From NCBI GenBank assembly GCA_018396535.1, contig JAGTQC010000005.1:94523-158522 (forward strand): DNA of 64,000 bases. Direction: 5' to 3'. The notes under the pieces are model-generated. The model was not told the origin of the DNA and did not search any database. It was given only the letters and a program-made list of their open reading frames with translations. This DNA comes from Candidatus Bathyarchaeota archaeon. Its GTDB lineage: Archaea; Thermoproteota; CALKCG01; B24; DRYS01. The translations under genes were made by a program, and so were the position numbers. Within the stretch, counting starts at the first letter, position 1, and each line of letters begins with the position of its first letter. Below are positions 28,875 through 39,220 of the stretch, piece by piece.

Positions 28875-30254
28875 CTATACCGCAACCATAACAATTACAT
28901 CGTTTACATTCGTTCCTGTAGGTCCTGTGAATATACAATCCCCAAGCTTAGAGAAGAAGCTATAGCTATCATTCCTATCTAGATACTCCTCAGGCTTCAA
29001 TCCTAGTGTTAAAGCCCTATCGTATGTATAGCCATCGGCTACAGCTCCAGCTGCATCTGTAAGTCCATCCACTCCATCAGTCCCCATGGAGGCTATGGCA
29101 ACTCCTCTAAACCCTCTAATCTTAATCGATGCTGCTAGAGTTAACTCCTGATTCCTACCTCCAACCCCATCACCTTTAACAGTAACCGTTGTCTCACCTC
29201 CAGCTAGTATAACGGTAGGTTTGGGTGTAGGCTTACTCTTCAAAACTACACCCTTCAATACGCCTGCTAGCGTATATCCTACATACCTAGCCTCCCCCTC
29301 TATGTATGATGAGAGGTTTACGACGTTGTAACCCATACCCCTAGCATGCTTCTCCATCTCTTCCAAAGCTATAGAGTTACCGGCTATTATGAAGTTGTAG
29401 GTTTTCTCGAATATACGATCTCCTGGTTTAGGTGTCTCGGATATCATACCTGCACATCCGGCTTCTATTATCTTCCTCACGCTATCTGGTATAGAATCCC
29501 ATACCCTATATCTCTGGAGTATGCTTCTAGCATAATCGTATGTAGTCGTATCTGGGGCTGTCGGTCCTGAAGCTATGGTATCGAGCCTATCACCTACTAC
29601 ATCCGATACTATGAGGGATATGATCGTAGCTGGGTAGGCTGCAGCTGCTAATCTACCACCCTTAACCTGTGATAGATGCTTCCTAACAGCGTTTATATCC
29701 TCTATAGGTGCACCGCATTTAAGCAGAATCGATGTAAGCTTCTGTAGATCTTCTAGCGATACTCCTTCGATAGGTTTAGTCATTAGAGCAGATCCTCCAC
29801 CAGATAGGAGGCAGAAGATTAGGGTATCCTCACCTACTCCTTTAAGCATATCGAGCATAGCTGAGACTCCTCTAACACCACCCTCATCAGGTATGGGATG
29901 ACCTGCTTCGTTGAGTTTAATCCTCCTAACCTTGTATAGTCTAGATGTTCCTCTAGGTATATTAACTACTCCGCTATCTATATGTTCACCAAGTATCTCT
30001 TCTAAAGCTTCAGCCATAGCTCCTGAAGCTTTCCCACCACCTACGACTAGTATCCTACTATACTTCTTTAGATCGTATTCTACACCCATCACGTATAGCT
30101 TATCCCTAGAGATGCTTACACTTCTCTTAACAGCTATCCTAGGATCAGATGCTTCCAAAGCCTTATCTAGTAGTCTTAGTATAGCTTCTCTAGCAGCTCT
30201 ATCCTCATCGTATACAGCGTTACCTAATATTCTTTCAGGAGATCTAATCCTCAT
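28875..30254 (-). CDS. Glycerate 2-kinase (MOFRL family)
   Basis: GGGKASGAMA, GHPIPD, SGGGSAL, KGGRL, IASGPT, GGETTV, GGRNQE, TGTNVND. Confidence 0.93.
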   Translation of the reverse strand: MRIRSPERILGNAVYDEDRAAREAILRLLDKALEASDPRIAVKRSVSISRDKLYVMGVEYDLKKYSRILVVGGGKASGAMAEALEEILGEHIDSGVVNIPRGTSRLYKVRRIKLNEAGHPIPDEGGVRGVSAMLDMLKGVGEDTLIFCLLSGGGSALMTKPIEGVSLEDLQKLTSILLKCGAPIEDINAVRKHLSQVKGGRLAAAAYPATIISLIVSDVVGDRLDTIASGPTAPDTTTYDYARSILQRYRVWDSIPDSVRKIIEAGCAGMISETPKPGDRIFEKTYNFIIAGNSIALEEMEKHARGMGYNVVNLSSYIEGEARYVGYTLAGVLKGVVLKSKPTPKPTVILAGGETTVTVKGDGVGGRNQELTLAASIKIRGFRGVAIASMGTDGVDGLTDAAGAVADGYTYDRALTLGLKPEEYLDRNDSYSFFSKLGDCIFTGPTGTNVNDVIVMVAV

Positions 30255-30339
30255 ATCCTACCAGGGTTAGGATAGGTTGGAGCGAAGTTCTTAAATCTAT
30301 CCTCGCATAGACTATTCTAGGTTTGGAGAGCTGATCGAT

Positions 30340-30879
30340 TTGGGTATTCCATACCTATTCGAAAGGAGGGGTAACGTCAGCCTTATAGTAGGATTACTCG
30401 TATCTGTAACTATAGGAACCCTGGCTTTGATAATAGCTGAGGATATAGCGGATATAGGTATAGCGTTAGGCGCATTCCTAGGCGGGTTGATAGCTGGTAG
30501 ATTCACTGTTAAACCATTGAACGGAGGATCTAGGGGTGCAGCTGTAGGTGTGCTAAGCCTTCTACTATACTACTTCTTCATAGTACCTGCACTCTATATG
30601 GCTAGACTTATAACTATACCTGAGGTGGAGCCTTCTACGCTGGAATTGATAGTTGCATGGATAGTAACTATACTAGAGCTTGTAGGTGTAGGATTCGTAG
30701 GCGGGGTTGCCGGCTACTATACTACTATAGGTGTTAAACCAGCTATGAAGCCTACTCCGGAAGCTAAACCTACTATACCAAGCTTATCTAGATGTCCTAG
30801 ATGCGGTGCATCCCTACCAGTCGATGCTATATACTGTCCACAATGCGGTTTTAAGGTTAGGGAGGTTAGACCCGTCTAA
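30340..30879 (+). CDS. Membrane protein with C-terminal zinc ribbon
   Basis: About 4 TM helices then CPRCG...YCPQCG. Confidence 0.75.
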   Translation: MGIPYLFERRGNVSLIVGLLVSVTIGTLALIIAEDIADIGIALGAFLGGLIAGRFTVKPLNGGSRGAAVGVLSLLLYYFFIVPALYMARLITIPEVEPSTLELIVAWIVTILELVGVGFVGGVAGYYTTIGVKPAMKPTPEAKPTIPSLSRCPRCGASLPVDAIYCPQCGFKVREVRPV

Positions 30880-31723
30880 TATCTAAGCTTAGATCTATAG
30901 CTTTAACAGAATGTGTTAACCTACCCAGCGATACTATATCGATACCCTTAGATACGTATTCGACTATATTCTCCTCATCTATACCTCCAGATACCTCTAT
31001 CAAAACCCTTCTCCTCAACCCCCTCTCCTCTAGTAGCTTCACAGCTTCCTCCACCATGCTAACCGTGAAGTTATCTAGCATAACTATATCAGCTCCAGCT
31101 TCAGCAGCTTCTACAGCCTCCTCGATACTAGATACTTCTACCTCGATCTTATATGCGAAGCTAGCTCTAGCTTTAGCCTTCGCTACAGCTTCTCTAACAG
31201 ATCCTACTAGAGCTACATGATTATCCTTTATCAGTATCATATCCTCGAGTCTAAGCCTATGTGTATCTCCTCCACCAACCTCTACAGCTTTCTTATCGAA
31301 GTATCTAAGACCGGGTGGTATCTTACGTGTAGCAGCTATCTTAACATCTAACCCTGCTTCTCTAACCTTATCTACGAGTCTACGTGTAGCTGTAGCTATA
31401 CCACACATACGTGAGAGTAGGTTGAGTAGAGTCCTCTCGATAGCTAGTATAGTTCTAGCATCACCCCTAACCTTGAATATTGTATCTCCTCTCCTAAACC
31501 TCTCTCCATCAGCTATGCTATACTCTACTCTCAACCCAACTATCTCAGATAGTATACACGCCTCCCATAAACCTGCTGCTACCCCATCCTCCTTAGCTAC
31601 GATAACCCCCTCCGCTTCTACATCCTCATCTACCAGGATAGCTGTAGTTACATCCGTTAATCCTAGATCCTCTTCTAGAAACTCTAGTAGCATATCGGCT
31701 ACTACCTGTTTAGGAAGCCACAT
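30866..31723 (-). CDS. nadC: Nicotinate-nucleotide pyrophosphorylase (quinolinate phosphoribosyltransferase)
   Basis: ERTLLN, ATRK..PG, HR..L.D..LIKDNH, IEVEV, MLDNF, EVSGG. Confidence 0.95.
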   Translation of the reverse strand: MWLPKQVVADMLLEFLEEDLGLTDVTTAILVDEDVEAEGVIVAKEDGVAAGLWEACILSEIVGLRVEYSIADGERFRRGDTIFKVRGDARTILAIERTLLNLLSRMCGIATATRRLVDKVREAGLDVKIAATRKIPPGLRYFDKKAVEVGGGDTHRLRLEDMILIKDNHVALVGSVREAVAKAKARASFAYKIEVEVSSIEEAVEAAEAGADIVMLDNFTVSMVEEAVKLLEERGLRRRVLIEVSGGIDEENIVEYVSKGIDIVSLGRLTHSVKAIDLSLDIRRV

Positions 31724-31778
31724 ACTAGATCAATCGTAAATCTTAAACACTCTCCTAGATAACCTTGTATATGTCTAG

Positions 31779-32474
31779 ATGTATGGTGGGAGGGTGGCTC
31801 TAGCTTTCTCAGGTGGTAAGGATAGCGTTTATACAGCATGGCTCCTATCATCTCAAGGATTCGATCTAATACTATTCACTATCCAGCCTGAAAGCGATGG
31901 ATCATGGATATTCCACTATCCTAACTCAGCTTACACATGGATGCAATCTGAAGCTCTAGGTCTGCCATGGATTAAGCGTAGGAGTGTTGTAGGGGAGAGG
32001 GAGGAGCTGGAGTCTCTGAGAGGCGTAGTAGATGAAGCTATAAGGATCTGGGATATCGGAGCTCTTGCTTCAGGAGTCGTTTATAGCTGGTATCAGATGA
32101 GGATATTCCAGCTTATCTCAGATGAGTTTGGGTTGAAGCTTTATACACCGTTGTGGGGGAAGGATCCGTTGAAGCTTCTACTCGAGGAGATCGAATCCGG
32201 TATGGAGATAATAGTTACCAGCGTAGCTGCGGAGGGTTTGGGTGAGGATTGGCTCGGTGTTAAGCTTGACTATGATTCTATAGATAAGTTGAGGATGCTT
32301 AGCCTCAGGTATGGTTTAAGCCCTATAGGTGAGGGGGGTGAGATGGAGACTTTCGTAGTAGATGCGCCATTCTTCAAGTATAGGATCCATATAAAGCGTT
32401 CTAGAAGGGTGTGGAGGGGTGTGAGCGGATACCTAGATATAGAGGAGGCTACGCTGCATCCTAAGCTTCTCTGA
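31779..32474 (+). CDS. Diphthine-ammonia ligase family ATPase
   Basis: FSGGKDS, SWIFH, PLWG, GEGGEMETFV.DAP.F. Confidence 0.88.
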   Translation: MYGGRVALAFSGGKDSVYTAWLLSSQGFDLILFTIQPESDGSWIFHYPNSAYTWMQSEALGLPWIKRRSVVGEREELESLRGVVDEAIRIWDIGALASGVVYSWYQMRIFQLISDEFGLKLYTPLWGKDPLKLLLEEIESGMEIIVTSVAAEGLGEDWLGVKLDYDSIDKLRMLSLRYGLSPIGEGGEMETFVVDAPFFKYRIHIKRSRRVWRGVSGYLDIEEATLHPKLL

Positions 32475-33795
32475 ATACTCTTATAGCATCAGCTACCCTC
32501 TCGTATACCTCTTCTTCATCTATATTCACGATACGGTTATACCAGACTACCGGCTCCCCATCTACTATCGTAGAGTGTACATCGCTACCGCTACAAGCGT
32601 AGACTATATTCGATATGAGACCCTCAGCTCCGTGTATAGGTTGTAGTCTAGGCTTTCTAAGATCTATGATAGCTATATCCGCACGTGCTCCGATGCCTAT
32701 GTAGCCAGCTTTATCTATACCTAGCGCTCTATATCCTTGGATAGTAGCTGCCTCCAATACCCTCCATGCTGGTAGAGTTGTAGGATCCCACCTATACCAT
32801 TTATGTATCAGAGCAGTGGCCTTCATAGTCTCGAACATATCTAGGCTATTATTACTCGCAGCCCCGTCTGTTCCAAGCCCTACTACTACACCTTTCCCTA
32901 TCATATCTGGTATAGGTGCTACCCCACCGACTGCTAGCTTTAGATTGGATATAGGGCAGTGGGCTACCTTAACTCTACGTGAAGCTATAATCTCTATCTC
33001 TCTAGGTGAGAGCCATACACAATGTGCCGCTATAACTCTATCTGTTAGGAATCCTAGGGAATCTAGGTATTCGATCTCTCTCCTACCATACATCTTCTCA
33101 AACCTACTCTGCTCCCCCCTCGTCTCCGCTAAATGTATATGAACTAGCAGATTCTCCCTCTCAGATCTATCCCTAACCCACATCAAGGTATCATCTGAGC
33201 ATGTATAGGGTGCATGAGGTCCTAGAGCAGCTTTAACCCTATCATCTCCTAGACTCTTCACGTAATCTATAAATCTCTCAGCAGATCTACGACTATAGAT
33301 CCTTAGTTTTAGATCTGATCGCCTATCCTCTGGATCGAAGGTATCTATAATACCTACAGAAGCTACTATCCTCATACCTACTTTTAGAGCAGCTTTCACA
33401 GACTCCTCTGGATGATAGTACATATCTAGGAAGCATGTGGTTCCGCTCCTAGCCATCTCCATACATGCTAGTAGTGCTCCTAGATAGCATAGATCAGCTG
33501 TAAGCTTCCTCTCAGCAGGCCATATCCTTGTTCTAAGCCACTCTTCTAGAGGCATATCTTCAGCATAGCTTCTAAGTAGAGTCATAGCTGCATGTGTATG
33601 TAGATTAACTAAGCCTGGTATAGCAGCCTTCCATCCCCCCTGTAGGGTATAATCTGCTTCTGGTATACTACCGGTAGATACATCCGCTATGATGCCATCC
33701 TCTATGTAGATCGAGTAGCCTTTAAGTATCCTTCTAGAATCATCCTGGGTAACTATCCAATCTAGATTCTTTAAAGCTATGGTAGGCTTCCCCAT
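32461..33795 (-). CDS. MTA/SAH (5'-deoxyadenosine) deaminase family amidohydrolase
   Basis: PGLVNLHTH, PHAPYT, HIHLAET, AHCV, HCPISNLKL, GTDGAASNN. Confidence 0.88.
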   Translation of the reverse strand: MGKPTIALKNLDWIVTQDDSRRILKGYSIYIEDGIIADVSTGSIPEADYTLQGGWKAAIPGLVNLHTHAAMTLLRSYAEDMPLEEWLRTRIWPAERKLTADLCYLGALLACMEMARSGTTCFLDMYYHPEESVKAALKVGMRIVASVGIIDTFDPEDRRSDLKLRIYSRRSAERFIDYVKSLGDDRVKAALGPHAPYTCSDDTLMWVRDRSERENLLVHIHLAETRGEQSRFEKMYGRREIEYLDSLGFLTDRVIAAHCVWLSPREIEIIASRRVKVAHCPISNLKLAVGGVAPIPDMIGKGVVVGLGTDGAASNNSLDMFETMKATALIHKWYRWDPTTLPAWRVLEAATIQGYRALGIDKAGYIGIGARADIAIIDLRKPRLQPIHGAEGLISNIVYACSGSDVHSTIVDGEPVVWYNRIVNIDEEEVYERVADAIRVFREA

Positions 33796-33856
33796 AACCG
33801 ATATATCTAGAATATTTATCCAGCCATTAAAAACATTGTGAAGCTATCTATCCATC

Positions 33857-36631
33857 CTAATCCCAGTATGGCCTAGTCCTGATATACATACGTTCAGCTT
33901 CAGCTATCGCTTTATAAAACTCGTCTTCGCTTAGATATAGATTCCTAAGTATCCTTCTAGCTGTAGCAGGACCTATACCTATACCAGCTAGGGCTGCTAT
34001 AGCCCTCCTCCCATGCACCTTAACTAGATCTGCTATACTAGTATACCTCTTATACACTTCTACATTCCTCTCGCTTAACCTTCCATCTATAGCCATCCTA
34101 GCTATCGCTAATGCTTGGAAGTCGTCTGGTTTAACTACAGCTATCCTCCTAGATCCGCATCTAGGACATACTACTGGATCGCTTATATCTGATACCTTGA
34201 ATATATCCTCCCAATCCGCTCCACCTATACAGACAAGTTTAACTCTAGTAGATTCTATCCTCGCTTTCACTATATCGGTAAGGCTTTTTAAACTAGTATC
34301 TATATTAGGATATACTTCACGGTATATTCTAGACATAGGTGATAGACCGCTAGCAGATGCTATCCTCATCCTTAGATAACCCTTAGATAGCTTATCAAGG
34401 AAATCTCTACATACATCTACATCCACTACATCTCTTAAAACCTCTCTCACAGCCTCCCTATAGACGGGTGTATCCATATATACTTCTACAAGCCTTCTAG
34501 CTACTGATAGACTGTACTCCGCATCCTTCTCGATTATACCGAATCTACGTGCTACACACCACAACCTCCATAGAAAATATCTCCTATACGGTAGTATCTC
34601 CCTCATGATATTATCTACATCATCCGGTTTCAAATCTGATAGTATATCTGCTACTATAGAGCTATCGAGTCTACGACTTCTAGAGTAGAATATGATCTTA
34701 TATGCATCCTTTACATAATCCACTACCGCGCTTATCCTAGCAGATATCAGAGCTGAGAGTATAGAAGCTAGAGCTTCCATACCCCTATCTCCTATGTGAG
34801 CGTGTAGGACTACACATCTCCCACCATCGTCTACCTCCATCCACTCTAATACTACATCCCTATCTGATGGTATATCAAACCCTCTATCCATCTGCTCCCT
34901 CACATAATCCTCCATAGCCTTAGCAGCATATCGATCCAACCTATATTTCGATAGGATTCTCGATGGGCTTCTACCAGAAGCTAGAGCTTCAGCTATACGT
35001 CTCTTAATTCTACCCACCTCCTGAGCAACCTCTAACGGTACTGGTATAATCTCGCCCTCCCAGACTGGTATAGCTTCTAGAGCGTAGGCATCCTCCTCTA
35101 CATTCACTATACGTCTATCCCTATCTATACTCAGTATACGCCAAATCCTACCTCCGAGGATGAATAGAGAATCAGGTTTACAATACTGTTCTACAAAATC
35201 TTCATCTAGTAGACCTACGCGTCTCCCCCTCCTTTCGAATACTTCAAACCTAGATACATCGATTATAGTCGATAGATTCTCGAAATAATATTTATACGAT
35301 CTACTAGTAGGCATCAGTATGGAATCCCTAACTCTAACCAGCCCTATACGTTCCAGTAACCCTAATATCTCCTTCAATTCTTCTAGAGTTAGATCGTTGT
35401 ATAGGATGCATCCTCTAACTATCTCTAGGATATCAGATATAGATGCCCTCCCCCTCTCCAATAATATACCTACAATCTGATGAGCTGCGACATCTAATGC
35501 TCCGTAGAGTTCTGGCTCATACTCGTATGTAGCTGATGAAGCCCTCCTAGCTATAACACATGATTCTATAAGGTCATCGAGGTTGTATGCTACTATAGCA
35601 CCGCGGCTTTCGACACCGATTCTATGACCGCTCCTACCGATCCTATGTATAAACTTTATGGTTTGTCTAGGTGAACCGTAGTGTATAACATAGTCTACGC
35701 TACCTACATCTATACCTAACTCTAGACTCGAAGTACATATCAGTGTCTTCAATACCCCAGTCTTAAATCCTTCCTCAAACTTCTCCCTCAAATCTCTAGA
35801 TAGACTGCTATGGTGTACCTCTACGGGTAGGCTTGGATCAAATAGCCTAAGTTTGAAACATAGAGTTTCAGCTTGCTGTCTCGTATTAGTGAATATGAGT
35901 ATCGATTTATGTTCACCGATAAGCTTCGATAATAGTCTACCAGTATCCTCCCAATTACCTGAGTATAATACTTGGATCGAGTACCCTCTACTACTCCTAG
36001 ATTCGACTATCTTAACCTCTTCTCCATTAGAAAGAAGCTTAGCTACGTATCCTGGATTATGTATAGTAGCTGATAACCCTATCCTCTGAATACTTCTACC
36101 AGCTATACGTTTAAGCCTCTCTAGTGAAAGGAAGAGCTGGACTCCACGTTTATCATATGCGAATTCATGTATCTCATCTATAATAACCCATTTAACACTA
36201 TTAAGATGGCTTCTAAAACCTCTGTGTACGAGTAGTACTTGTAGAGTTTCAGGAGTCGTTATAAGTATGTGTGGTGGTTCTAAAACCTGTTTTAACCTTA
36301 TTTCAGCTGGTGTATCGCTATGCCTTACATCTAGGTTTAACCCGATCTTCTCTGCAAGCGTCTTCATCCTACGGAATATATCCCTATTTAAAGCTCTCAG
36401 AGGCGTGATGTATAGAGCTAGAACACCTCTCATATCCCTATACTTTGAAGCCATATACATTACGGGTATTAGAGCTGCCTCAGTCTTCCCCGATCCGGTT
36501 GGAGCTATTATTAGTGTATGATATCCATCGATTATGTATGGTATAGCAAGTTTCTGAATCTCTGTAAATTCTTCATAACCCTCATCCCTCAGTATCTTCC
36601 TATATTCCTCGCTTAAACCGTATTCATCCAT
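33857..36631 (-). CDS. lhr: Lhr-type SF2 helicase
   Basis: APTGSGKT, ITPLRALNRD, TTPETL, IDEIHE, GLSAT, SSLELGID, RIGRSGH; C-terminal Cys motif. Confidence 0.92.
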   Translation of the reverse strand: MDEYGLSEEYRKILRDEGYEEFTEIQKLAIPYIIDGYHTLIIAPTGSGKTEAALIPVMYMASKYRDMRGVLALYITPLRALNRDIFRRMKTLAEKIGLNLDVRHSDTPAEIRLKQVLEPPHILITTPETLQVLLVHRGFRSHLNSVKWVIIDEIHEFAYDKRGVQLFLSLERLKRIAGRSIQRIGLSATIHNPGYVAKLLSNGEEVKIVESRSSRGYSIQVLYSGNWEDTGRLLSKLIGEHKSILIFTNTRQQAETLCFKLRLFDPSLPVEVHHSSLSRDLREKFEEGFKTGVLKTLICTSSLELGIDVGSVDYVIHYGSPRQTIKFIHRIGRSGHRIGVESRGAIVAYNLDDLIESCVIARRASSATYEYEPELYGALDVAAHQIVGILLERGRASISDILEIVRGCILYNDLTLEELKEILGLLERIGLVRVRDSILMPTSRSYKYYFENLSTIIDVSRFEVFERRGRRVGLLDEDFVEQYCKPDSLFILGGRIWRILSIDRDRRIVNVEEDAYALEAIPVWEGEIIPVPLEVAQEVGRIKRRIAEALASGRSPSRILSKYRLDRYAAKAMEDYVREQMDRGFDIPSDRDVVLEWMEVDDGGRCVVLHAHIGDRGMEALASILSALISARISAVVDYVKDAYKIIFYSRSRRLDSSIVADILSDLKPDDVDNIMREILPYRRYFLWRLWCVARRFGIIEKDAEYSLSVARRLVEVYMDTPVYREAVREVLRDVVDVDVCRDFLDKLSKGYLRMRIASASGLSPMSRIYREVYPNIDTSLKSLTDIVKARIESTRVKLVCIGGADWEDIFKVSDISDPVVCPRCGSRRIAVVKPDDFQALAIARMAIDGRLSERNVEVYKRYTSIADLVKVHGRRAIAALAGIGIGPATARRILRNLYLSEDEFYKAIAEAERMYIRTRPYWD

Positions 36632-36727
36632 ACTCTAATCCTAGAGATGTTAGTATTAGGAGGGTTTATAGTAAGCTTTATTTAAGGTTATAGCTCCGTC
36701 ATCTTAGTAGGGGAGGGTTCGGGAGGG

Positions 36728-37312
36728 TTGGAGGTAGGAGAGGTTAAATTCCCATTTAATGAAGCATTCAGGTTTACTATAGAGAGTATAAGGAAGAGGT
36801 TTACGAGAGCCTTAATAACAGCGTTATCTGTTATACTAAGCGTAGCATTCTACGGAGCTACACGATCTATGGGTGTAATCTACGCAGCACTACTACCAGG
36901 CTCTGCTACGATACAAGTTTATCAGATAGTTATGGCTGTCATAGCCTTAGTCGTATGTACTGTAGGTATACTGAACTCTATGCTTATGGCTGTCGCTGAG
37001 AGGACTAAGGAGATAGGGACTATGAAGTGTCTAGGTGCTATGGATTCACATATCCTAACGATCTTCCTTCTAGAAGCTGCTCTAATAGGCTTACTCGGAG
37101 GTTTAATAGGTGGTGTTGCAGGCCTCATCGTAGGTATAGCATCGACTTGGGGTCAAGTCGCAGGTATAGGTCCCCTACCTATATTGAACCTGGTATTAAC
37201 TCTAGTTGAATCACTTGGTATATCTATACTACTATCGATAGGGGCTACGCTATATCCTGCATACTATGCGGCTAAGCTTAACCCAGCTGAAGCTCTAAGA
37301 TTCGAGGTCTAG
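36728..37312 (+). CDS. Minimal FtsX/MacB-family ABC permease
   Basis: GILNSMLMAVAERTKEIGTMKCLGA, FLLEA, YPAYYAAKLNPAEALR. Confidence 0.85.
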   Translation: MEVGEVKFPFNEAFRFTIESIRKRFTRALITALSVILSVAFYGATRSMGVIYAALLPGSATIQVYQIVMAVIALVVCTVGILNSMLMAVAERTKEIGTMKCLGAMDSHILTIFLLEAALIGLLGGLIGGVAGLIVGIASTWGQVAGIGPLPILNLVLTLVESLGISILLSIGATLYPAYYAAKLNPAEALRFEV

Positions 37313-37448
37313 CTTAGACAGTAAGACTTATTAAACCTATCCCCAGCTCTATTTTGAGATTCCTGGATTGATGCTAGATACCGTTATATCTAGCATCTAC
37401 AGGTATGTGGGATGTTGTATAGGAAGGGGGTTTGGAGGTGGATCTAGA

Positions 37449-38726
37449 TTGAAACCTATGAATATAGCTGAGAAGATCCTTGCTAGAGCTTCTGGTAGGA
37501 GTTATGTAGAGCCTGGGGAGATAGTGGATGCTGTGGTCGATAGAGTTATGTTCCATGATCTAACCGGGCCTATGACGTTAAAGGTGTTCGAGGAGATGGG
37601 TGGAGGCTTAGTATGGGATCCAGATCGTGTAGTAGTGGTATTCGATCATATAGTTCCAGCTTGTAGTATAACTGCTGCTGAGAATCATGTTAAGCTTAGA
37701 AGGTTCGTAGAGAATCAGGGTATAAAGCATTTTTACGATGTGGGGCGTGGAGGTATATGCCACCAGGTTATGGTGGAGAAGGGTCACGTACTTCCAGGTG
37801 AACTAGTAATCGGTGCAGATTCGCATACATGTATGTATGGGGCTCTCGGAGCGTTTGCTACAGGAGTAGGTGCTACCGATATGGCTGCTACGCTACTCAC
37901 AGGTAGGATATGGCTTAGAGTACCTGAAACAATTATCGTTAAGTATACTGGGAGGATGCCTGAATACCTATCTGGTAAGGATCTCATATTATACACGATA
38001 AGTGTGATAGGTGCTGATGGTGCGAACTATAAGGCTGTAGTATACTCTGGTGATGTAGTGAGCCATCTATCTATGGATGATCGGCTTACTATGAGTAATA
38101 TGGCTGTCGAGATGGGTGCTAAGACAGGTATATTCGAACCAGATGATGTAACCTTAACCTACTTGAAGGGTAGAGCTAGCAGTGGTTTCGCTTTGATGAG
38201 GAGCGATGAGGGAGCTAGCTATAGTGAGGAGTATGAGTTCGATGTATCCGGTATGGAACCTCAGGTTGCATGCCCATATAGAGTTGATAATGTTAAACCT
38301 GTATCAGAAGTCGAAGGTATACATGTTGATCAAGCTTTTATAGGTTCCTGTACGAATGGTAGGCTTTCAGATTTGAGGATAGCGGCTAGGATATTGAAGG
38401 GGCGTAGAGTTGATAAGGGTACGAGACTTATAGTTATACCTGCATCTCAGGATGTATACCGTGAAGCTTTAAGAGAGGGGTTAATAGATGTGTTGTTGGA
38501 AGCTGGAGCTATGATCTGTAATCCTACTTGCGGTCCCTGTATAGGTGTACATCTAGGAGTATTAGCTCCAGGCGAGGTTTGTATAGCTTCGATTAATAGG
38601 AATTTCATAGGGAGGATGGGTAGTCGTGAATCTAAAGTCTATCTAGCATCTCCAGCAACAGTCGCAGCTTCATCTATCGAAGGTAAGATAACAGATCCTA
38701 GAAGATATCTGGGAGGTGCTGTGTGA
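37449..38726 (+). CDS. leuC: 3-isopropylmalate dehydratase/homoaconitase large subunit
   Basis: GICHQ, GADSHTC, MAVE.G, IGSCTNGR, CGPC.G, NRNF.GRMG; GGAGGTG SD before TTG 37449. Confidence 0.9.
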   Translation: MKPMNIAEKILARASGRSYVEPGEIVDAVVDRVMFHDLTGPMTLKVFEEMGGGLVWDPDRVVVVFDHIVPACSITAAENHVKLRRFVENQGIKHFYDVGRGGICHQVMVEKGHVLPGELVIGADSHTCMYGALGAFATGVGATDMAATLLTGRIWLRVPETIIVKYTGRMPEYLSGKDLILYTISVIGADGANYKAVVYSGDVVSHLSMDDRLTMSNMAVEMGAKTGIFEPDDVTLTYLKGRASSGFALMRSDEGASYSEEYEFDVSGMEPQVACPYRVDNVKPVSEVEGIHVDQAFIGSCTNGRLSDLRIAARILKGRRVDKGTRLIVIPASQDVYREALREGLIDVLLEAGAMICNPTCGPCIGVHLGVLAPGEVCIASINRNFIGRMGSRESKVYLASPATVAASSIEGKITDPRRYLGGAV

Positions 38727-39220
38727 TGATAATCGATGGCGTAGTAGTTAAAGTCGGGGATCATATAGATACCGATGTTATAATACCTGGTAGATATCTA
38801 GGTATAACAGATCCCGTAGAGCTTAGTAAGCATGTATTAGAAGGTTTAGATCCTAACTTTCCGACTAGGCTTAAACCTGGTGTTATCCTCGTAGCTGGTA
38901 GGAATTTCGGCTGTGGTTCGAGTAGAGAGGAGGCGCCTGTAGCTTTGAAAGCTGCTGGTGTTAGATGTATCGTAGCAGAATCTTTCGCTAGGATATTCTA
39001 TAGGAATGCTATAAACATAGGTCTACCTATAGTTGAATGTACTGGTATTCAGAGTTACGTAAAGGATGGAGATAGGATAACAGTAGATCTATCTTCAGGT
39101 ATTATAGAAGCTTCAGGCTATATATTCAGGTTTAAACCTCTCCCAGGATTCATACTAGAGATACTTAGGGATGGAGGTTTAACAAACCATATACGTAAGC
39201 TTAGGGGGCTTACCGTTTGA
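38723..39220 (+). CDS. leuD: 3-isopropylmalate dehydratase/homoaconitase small subunit
   Basis: IDTDVIIPGRYL, NFGCGSSRE.A, SFARIFYRN. Confidence 0.9.
   Translation: MMIIDGVVVKVGDHIDTDVIIPGRYLGITDPVELSKHVLEGLDPNFPTRLKPGVILVAGRNFGCGSSREEAPVALKAAGVRCIVAESFARIFYRNAINIGLPIVECTGIQSYVKDGDRITVDLSSGIIEASGYIFRFKPLPGFILEILRDGGLTNHIRKLRGLTV

Noticed and set aside
33282-33317. CAGAUCUA/UAGAUCUG stem in the deaminase gene
   Set aside because: Symmetric internal loop rather than BHB; expected from palindrome-rich composition
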